From: Candidatus Latescibacterota bacterium
GTDB taxonomy: Bacteria > Latescibacterota > UBA2968 > UBA8231
DNA length: 64,000 nucleotides
NCBI GenBank assembly: GCA_965221775.1
Contig: CBDCSU010000006.1
Span: 768,001 to 832,000, forward strand
Reading direction: 5' to 3'
Shown: one piece after another, positions 58,351 through 64,000 of the stretch
How the letters are laid out: each line of letters starts with the position of its first letter
How positions within the stretch are numbered: position 1 is the stretch's first letter
The notes under the pieces: generated by a model
Seen by the model: the letters and a program-made list of their open reading frames with translations, nothing else
What the model was told of the DNA's origin: nothing
Database searches by the model: none
Made by a program: the position numbers and the translations under genes

Positions 58351-59802
58351 CTACAGCAGGCCGAACTTGGCCGCCAGGCCCCAGGCGCTGATCGCTGCGA
58401 AGACCCCCAGGACCGCGGCCGACATCCAGCCGCCGGCGGCGATCAGCCAGTGGGTCCGGTGGGCCCTGGGCAGGAGCCGGTTGAGATAGAGGGCGCCGAG
58501 GCTGATGAGGAAGATCGCCAGGTTGGCCAGCAGGAAGCTGGCGATCTGGATGAGGGTGTCGAAGGGCACTCCCGTCCAGATCAGGGCCAGGGCCGCCGAC
58601 GCCACCCACAGGCAGCTCACCCTCTTGATCCCCTCGTAGCTCCACTGGCGGCGGGGCCAGATGGCGGACAGGAACTCCTGCACGACGCGGGCATAGACCT
58701 CCGGCAGGGCCTGCAGGGTGCCCCACAGGGCGGCGAGGATGCAGACGTAGTAGATCCACACCAGCGACGGATGGATCGCCCGCCACACGTGGGCCTGCTC
58801 GGTGAGCAGACTCCAGCCCTCGAAGCGGGTCTGCAGCGGGAACAGCACCGCCGCCCCCGACAGCATGAAGGCCGCCGTCACCACGAAGAGCACCACGGCG
58901 CCGGCGCCCACGTCCCAGCGCACGGGGGAGGTCAGCACCCGCAGGCGGCGCACCGACTCGGCGTCCTCGGGCAGGTGCGCCACGCGGCCGCTGGCCAGGG
59001 CCTGCTCGCGGATCGCCTCGATGCGCGGATGGTCCGTCAGGCCCCAGCGGTGCAGGCCGACCCAGTTGGAGTAGGCGAGGTAGATGAAGACGCCGCCGCC
59101 GACGTAGCCGAAGGTGGTGGCCATCATCAGCAGGGGATTGGCGCGCGCCGCCTCGGGCGCCCAGGAAGGCAGGTCCGGAATCTGTCCGAAGCTCAGGCTG
59201 CCGGCGAGGGCGGCGCCGAGGTCGGGGCGCACGATGGCGGTCCCCACGGCGGTGCCGGCCACCAGGATCAGGCAAATCAGGATCTGCTGCTTCTCCAGGC
59301 GCGAGAAGGAGAGGCGCATGCCCAGGGCCAGGGCCAGGAGGATGAAGAGGGAGGTGCCCGCGTTCTGCCAGAGGGCGGGAGAGGAGCCCTCGGGGCCCGC
59401 GAGATAGTGGACGAGGTTGCCGCAGGGCTTGGCGATCGCCACCCAGGCCATGGGCGCGCAGGACATCTCGAGGCCGACCAGCAGCAGCAGGAACCAGCCC
59501 CGGGGGCCCGGAAGCTGCACGAGGCGGTGGCCGATCAGCTCGCCGCTGACGGCGGTGTAGCGGCCGATGAGGTAGGTGACGAAGACGCCCTTGACCACGG
59601 CCGAGAGCAGCACCAGCCACAGCAGCCCGTACCCGGCCCAGGCGCCGGCGCGGACGACGACGATCGTCTCGCCGGCGCCGATGCTGACCGAGGCGACGAT
59701 CGCCGCGGGGCCGAACATGGCCAGCAGCCGCCGGACCTTGCCCGCCGACCACGGTTCCGTGAAGAGCCCCGTCGCCGGGGGGATATGGGCTTGTTCCGCC
59801 AT
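58351..59802 (-). CDS. Nramp-like (APC superfamily) transporter
   Basis: GPAAIVASVSIGAGE, GAWAGYGLLW, about 11 TM segments. Confidence 0.85.
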   Translation of the reverse strand: MAEQAHIPPATGLFTEPWSAGKVRRLLAMFGPAAIVASVSIGAGETIVVVRAGAWAGYGLLWLVLLSAVVKGVFVTYLIGRYTAVSGELIGHRLVQLPGPRGWFLLLLVGLEMSCAPMAWVAIAKPCGNLVHYLAGPEGSSPALWQNAGTSLFILLALALGMRLSFSRLEKQQILICLILVAGTAVGTAIVRPDLGAALAGSLSFGQIPDLPSWAPEAARANPLLMMATTFGYVGGGVFIYLAYSNWVGLHRWGLTDHPRIEAIREQALASGRVAHLPEDAESVRRLRVLTSPVRWDVGAGAVVLFVVTAAFMLSGAAVLFPLQTRFEGWSLLTEQAHVWRAIHPSLVWIYYVCILAALWGTLQALPEVYARVVQEFLSAIWPRRQWSYEGIKRVSCLWVASAALALIWTGVPFDTLIQIASFLLANLAIFLISLGALYLNRLLPRAHRTHWLIAAGGWMSAAVLGVFAAISAWGLAAKFGLL

Positions 59803-59927
59803 GGCCTCTATATAGGGATCGCCCCGCCCCGGGGGAAATCCGGCGGCGCGGCCCACCCTGGCGGCCACCAGGGGATGTTTGACACACCTTCCGGTGCGCG
59901 GTCTAGATTGCCGGCGTGGGTTCTCTC

Positions 59928-60548
59928 ATGGAGTCCATCCCCCCCGCTCCCGCCGAGGCCGCCGCCACCTGCCGCCTCGTCGAGCCCTCCGAAGGCTACC
60001 GCGACAGCTTCCTCGAAGGCGCCGCCGAGTTCGCCGGCGAGGGCCGTCTCGACTCCACCTACGCCGCCGGCCTGGGCTACGACCTCGTGCGGCTGGGGCG
60101 CGACCTGCCGTCCTTCGTGCGCGACCTGCGGCGCCTGGCCGAGCCCCGGCGCCGGTACGGCGGCGGCTACCCGGACCGGGTCTACTGGCTCGTCGACGGC
60201 GGCCGCTACCTCGGGCAGACGTCGATCCGGCCCGACCTGAAGTCGAGATACCTGATCACCTACGGCGGCCACGTGGGCTACAGCATCCGGCCGCGGCAGC
60301 GGCGGCGCGGTTACGGCCGCCGCATCCTGGGGCTGGCCCTTCAGCGCTGCCGCGGGCTGGGGCTCGAGCGGGTGCTGGTGACCTGCGACGAGGACAACAT
60401 CGCCTCGAAGCGGATCATCGAGGCCAACGGCGGACACTTCGAGTCGAGCCTGGTCATGGACGCCGGCGCCGCCCGCTCCGAGGGCCGCGGCGGCGGCGAG
60501 ATCCGCAAGCTGCGCTACTGGATCGACCTCTCCGAGATCCCTTCGTGA
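59928..60548 (+). CDS. GNAT family acetyltransferase
   Basis: GGHVGYSIRP..RRRGYG, VTCDEDNIAS.RIIE.NGG. Confidence 0.92.
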   Translation: MESIPPAPAEAAATCRLVEPSEGYRDSFLEGAAEFAGEGRLDSTYAAGLGYDLVRLGRDLPSFVRDLRRLAEPRRRYGGGYPDRVYWLVDGGRYLGQTSIRPDLKSRYLITYGGHVGYSIRPRQRRRGYGRRILGLALQRCRGLGLERVLVTCDEDNIASKRIIEANGGHFESSLVMDAGAARSEGRGGGEIRKLRYWIDLSEIPS

Positions 60549-61729
60549 CCGCGGGGCTGCATCGGCCCGACTACGAGGGCGGCTCCATCGTCAACCTCGC
60601 CGCCTCGGTGCTGGAGGCCTTCGGCGTCGAGCCGCCCGCCCCGCCCCTGCGCCCCGGGCTCCTGCCCCCGGAAACCCTCGCCGGACCCGGCGGCGTGGTC
60701 CTGCTGGTGATCGACGCTCTCGGCCACGCCTCCCTGCGTTCGGTCCTCGGCGACCGCACCCCGCACCTGAGGCGCCTGGCCGCGGAGACACCGGGCGGTC
60801 TGCAGCGGCTGACCTCGATCTTCCCCTCCACCACGGCCGCCGCCCTCAACAGCCTGGCCACGGCGCAGCCGCCGTCGGCCCACGGCGTCCTCGGCCACAC
60901 CCTCTGGCTGGAGGAGGTGGGCTCGATGGTCGGCATGCTCACCCTCCGCCCCCTCGGAGAGGACGAGCCGCTCTCGGAGGAAGCGGTGCGCCGCGTGCCC
61001 ACGGTCTACGAGCTCCTCGCCCGCGCCGGCGTGCCGTCGACGCTGATCACCGACGCCGCATACGAGGGCGCCCCCTTCACCAACCTGATCCAGGAGGGGG
61101 CGCGGTTCCTGGGCCACCGCAGCCTGTCGCACCTGTGCCACCTGTTGGGGCAGGCCCTCGGCGAGGCCCCGGGGAGGCGCGCCTTCTACTCCCTCTACTG
61201 GCCCGTCATCGACACCCTCTCCCACCTCTACGGACCGGACGGCGCCGAGCCGTCGGAAGCCTGCCGCCTGGAGATGGAGTTCATCGACCTGATGGTGGGC
61301 AAGGTGCACGGCCTCTGCCGGGAGCATGGCTGCTGCCTGCTCGTCACCGCCGACCACGGGCAGACCCGGGTCGATCCCGACCTCGCCTTTGTCGTCGAGG
61401 GACCGCTGCGGGAGGCCCTCTCCCGCCCGCCGGGAGGCGGCCGGCGCGCCCTCTACCTGACCGCCCGCGACCCGGAGCGCCTGCTGTCCGACGAGGGCTT
61501 GCGGGAGGCGACGGAACGGCTGCTGCCGGCGGACGAGGCCGTCGACGCCGGCTGGTTCGGCGGCCCCTGCGACGGCATCCGCTCCCGCCTCGGCGATGTG
61601 GTGGCCCTGGCGGGGCCGGGACGGCAGCTGGTCTACGACTACGGCCGCGGCAAGACCGTCCACCGCGGCAGCCACGCCGGCCTCACGGCGGAGGAGATGT
61701 ACGTGCCCCTCATGGCGGCCGCCCCCTGA
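60545..61729 (+). CDS. Alkaline phosphatase superfamily / phosphodiesterase
   Basis: LLVIDALG, SIFPSTT, D.LSH.YG, TADHG, GSHAG. Confidence 0.9.
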   Translation: MTAGLHRPDYEGGSIVNLAASVLEAFGVEPPAPPLRPGLLPPETLAGPGGVVLLVIDALGHASLRSVLGDRTPHLRRLAAETPGGLQRLTSIFPSTTAAALNSLATAQPPSAHGVLGHTLWLEEVGSMVGMLTLRPLGEDEPLSEEAVRRVPTVYELLARAGVPSTLITDAAYEGAPFTNLIQEGARFLGHRSLSHLCHLLGQALGEAPGRRAFYSLYWPVIDTLSHLYGPDGAEPSEACRLEMEFIDLMVGKVHGLCREHGCCLLVTADHGQTRVDPDLAFVVEGPLREALSRPPGGGRRALYLTARDPERLLSDEGLREATERLLPADEAVDAGWFGGPCDGIRSRLGDVVALAGPGRQLVYDYGRGKTVHRGSHAGLTAEEMYVPLMAAAP

Positions 61730-61743
61730 CCCGGCCGCCCGCG

Positions 61744-62913
61744 ATGCCCCGCCAGCCCCCGCACCTGCCGGCCTCGGAGGCCGGCCTCGACGAGGTCCTG
61801 CAGACCGGCCTGGAGGGCGGCGCCCTGCTGTTCACCACCAACCCCGGCCTCGAGGATCTCGCCGCCGCGGAGTTGTGCGAGCGCCTGGCGCCCCTCGGCC
61901 TGGCGGCGCCGGAGATCCGCCTGCAGCTCAAGCCCTGGGGCTTCGGCGGCCACCTCCTCGTGCTGCTGCCGCGGGTCGACGACGCGGTCACCGCGGCGGC
62001 CCTCGCCATGGGCACCATCCACCACGTCCTGCACCCCCTCTACGGCTTCGACCTGCCCGAGGACCCCGCCGACGGCCTCGACCACATCCACGCGCAGCTG
62101 CGCGAGCGCGGCGTCCCCGCCCTCGGGGAGGACGGCGTCGCCTCCTTCCGCGTCACCACCCGGCGCAGCGGCGAGCACCCCTTCTCCAGCATCGACGTGC
62201 AGCGGCGGGCCGGCGCCGCCCTCTTCGAGCGCTACCGGCGGGCCGTGGACCTCACCGGCTTCGACCGCGAGGTCCGCGTCGACGTGCGCGGCCAGCGCTG
62301 CCTGGTGAGCGTGCAGCTCACCCGGGACCCCCTCAGCCACCGGCAGTACCGGCTCTACAACCCGGGGGCGGCGCTGAAGGCCAACGTCGCCTGCGCCCTG
62401 CTGCGCCTGGCCGGCGTCGAGCGCGGGCGCCTGCTCGACCCCTTCTGCGGCTCGGCGACGATCCCCATCGAGGCGGCGCGCCTGCACCCGGGGCTGGAGA
62501 TCGCGGCCAGCGACTACTCCCCCCGCGCCGTGGACGGCGCCCGACGCAACCTCGAGGCCGAGGGGCTGGACGGGCGGGTCTCCCTGGCTCTCCACGACAT
62601 GACGGACCTGCCCGAGGTCCACCCGCCGGGGGGCTTCGACGCCATCGTCACCAACCCCCCCTTCGGCGTGCGCCTCGGCCGCGGCATGAACTTCCCCGCC
62701 TTCTACGCCCGCTTCCTCGACGCGGCCTCCCACCTGCTGCGCCCCGGGGGCCGCCTCGTCTTCCTGGCGTGGAAGCGGGGTCTCATCGACAAGGCGAACC
62801 GGCCCGCCCGCCGGTTCCGCCGCCTCCACGTGCGCGTCGTCGAGACGGGGGGGATCTACCCGCGGATCTACGTGATGGAGCGGCGGCGGGATGGGGTGTC
62901 TCCCGCGCAGTGA
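61744..62913 (+). CDS. THUMP-domain RNA m2G methyltransferase
   Basis: TNPGLE, THUMP-like region, DPFCGSATI, TNPPFG. Confidence 0.88.
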   Translation: MPRQPPHLPASEAGLDEVLQTGLEGGALLFTTNPGLEDLAAAELCERLAPLGLAAPEIRLQLKPWGFGGHLLVLLPRVDDAVTAAALAMGTIHHVLHPLYGFDLPEDPADGLDHIHAQLRERGVPALGEDGVASFRVTTRRSGEHPFSSIDVQRRAGAALFERYRRAVDLTGFDREVRVDVRGQRCLVSVQLTRDPLSHRQYRLYNPGAALKANVACALLRLAGVERGRLLDPFCGSATIPIEAARLHPGLEIAASDYSPRAVDGARRNLEAEGLDGRVSLALHDMTDLPEVHPPGGFDAIVTNPPFGVRLGRGMNFPAFYARFLDAASHLLRPGGRLVFLAWKRGLIDKANRPARRFRRLHVRVVETGGIYPRIYVMERRRDGVSPAQ

Positions 62914-62924
62914 GTGTCTTGGCC

Positions 62925-63878
62925 ATGCGAACCTGCCGTCCCGGCCTGCTGGTCCTGGCCACTCTCCTCGGAGTCGCCCCCGCCGCCCACGCCCACGTGG
63001 GCGACGAGATCTACCCCATCTACGAGCTGCTCGACGAGGACCTGCACCGGATCGACCTGACCGACGGCAGCACCGAGGACTGGTACGACGTCCTCGGCGA
63101 GCCGTCGCTGACGGCCGCCGACTTCTACTACCCGTACTCCAGTTACGATCCAGCAAGCTGTGACTACCGCTTCTGGCTCGCCTGGCACCGGCGCAGCGGC
63201 ACCCTCTGGGTCGCCATGGAGCGCTTCGATGACATCTACCTCAACAACTATGCGGGAGAGATTCTCGAGGCCGGGCTCCCCAAGATGTTTCGCCCTACGA
63301 TGTTCCGCTGGGATTCCTACTTCGGCTTCCTGGTCGACGGCGACCACTCCGGCGGCCGCTACCTGTTTGGACGCAACAGCTGCGACGGGTGCACGGTAGA
63401 GGAGACCAAGCTCCTCAACAACCGCCAGGCCCAGCACTGGCAGGCCATCGCCGAGACGACGGACGGCCAGCACCTGGGATATGACGGAGCCAGCGAGTGG
63501 GTCGTGAGAGAGCCGTACGCCGCGGCCGGGGGCGGCGTCCTCGGCGCGACTCCCGCCACCTCGGTCACCGAGTTGATGGTGACCCCCTTCGACGACCTCG
63601 TCTACGACGACGAGGCTGCTTCCGTAGCCTCGCAGCTGTACCCTGGCAAGGTCATCGGCTTCAACATCCGCACGATCGACAACGACGCCACCGAGTACCC
63701 CGACGGATATGGGCCAAAGGAGTACCAGTGGCTGTCCGACAGGGTGTCTACCCTCAGCTTGGCCGATCTCTTCGTCGACGGCCTGCTGGTCGGTGCAGGG
63801 GAGGACCCCTCCCGCTACGACGACATCTCCGCCGTGGAGCCGTCCTCCTGGGCGCGCATCAAGGCCGCCCTCGAGTAA
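62925..63878 (+). CDS. Secreted protein (DOMON/CBM9-like) with C-terminal AVEPSSWARIK motif
   Basis: Signal peptide ending AHA|HVG; DGDHSGG; acidic; terminal AVEPSSWARIKAALE. Confidence 0.7.
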   Translation: MRTCRPGLLVLATLLGVAPAAHAHVGDEIYPIYELLDEDLHRIDLTDGSTEDWYDVLGEPSLTAADFYYPYSSYDPASCDYRFWLAWHRRSGTLWVAMERFDDIYLNNYAGEILEAGLPKMFRPTMFRWDSYFGFLVDGDHSGGRYLFGRNSCDGCTVEETKLLNNRQAQHWQAIAETTDGQHLGYDGASEWVVREPYAAAGGGVLGATPATSVTELMVTPFDDLVYDDEAASVASQLYPGKVIGFNIRTIDNDATEYPDGYGPKEYQWLSDRVSTLSLADLFVDGLLVGAGEDPSRYDDISAVEPSSWARIKAALE

Positions 63879-63904
63879 GCTCCCCGCCGCAAAGGAGGAG
63901 CACC

Positions 63905-64000
63905 ATGCTTGCCTGCCTCGTTTCCCTGCTGACCCTGGCCCCGCTCCTGGGCCTCGCGAGCCAAGCCCACGCCCACGTCGGCGACGAAGTCTACCCCTTC
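63905..64000 (+). CDS. Start of tandem paralog of the preceding secreted protein (truncated by window)
   Basis: RBS AAGGAGG; MLACLVSLL...AHAHVGDEVYPF matches AHAHVGDEIYPI. Confidence 0.75.
   Translation, partial: MLACLVSLLTLAPLLGLASQAHAHVGDEVYPF

Overview
High-GC bacterial chromosomal window with about 60 genes. I found no rRNA, tRNA, CRISPR array, integrase or transposase. Most of it is housekeeping or metabolic: lhr, rpsR, arfB, a sigma-70 factor, M3B oligoendopeptidase, parE/parC-type topoisomerase, a DEAD-box helicase, gltX, glnS, dapL, nadA, xylA, fbp, and many SDR, dioxygenase and hydrolase genes. The gene families and a C-terminal S-W-[GA]-x-[IV]-K motif suggest a Latescibacterota/Gemmatimonadota-like lineage (inference only). 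Accessory features: (1) A defence-like island at about 1.6-10.6 kb holds an AbiE-like antitoxin/nucleotidyltransferase pair with an AbiJ-NTD/Mrr-like nuclease, and a decayed PtuA-like ATPase with a second degenerate copy. It also holds an intact three-gene module (STAND-like ATPase, ATPase-wHTH-TPR protein, PD-(D/E)XK nuclease) behind a promoter overlapped by 15-bp-period palindromic repeats. (2) A small putative ribbon-helix-helix gene is coupled to nadA behind a promoter with a perfect 8-2-8 palindrome, a candidate new NAD-biosynthesis regulator. (3) An orphan, cysteine-free rpsR, missed by the ORF track, appears to start at ATC and sits upstream of a satellite BMC shell gene. (4) An ECF sigma/anti-sigma pair is flanked by two vapBC modules whose toxins are both internally deleted. 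All family assignments come from motif recognition, not database searches.
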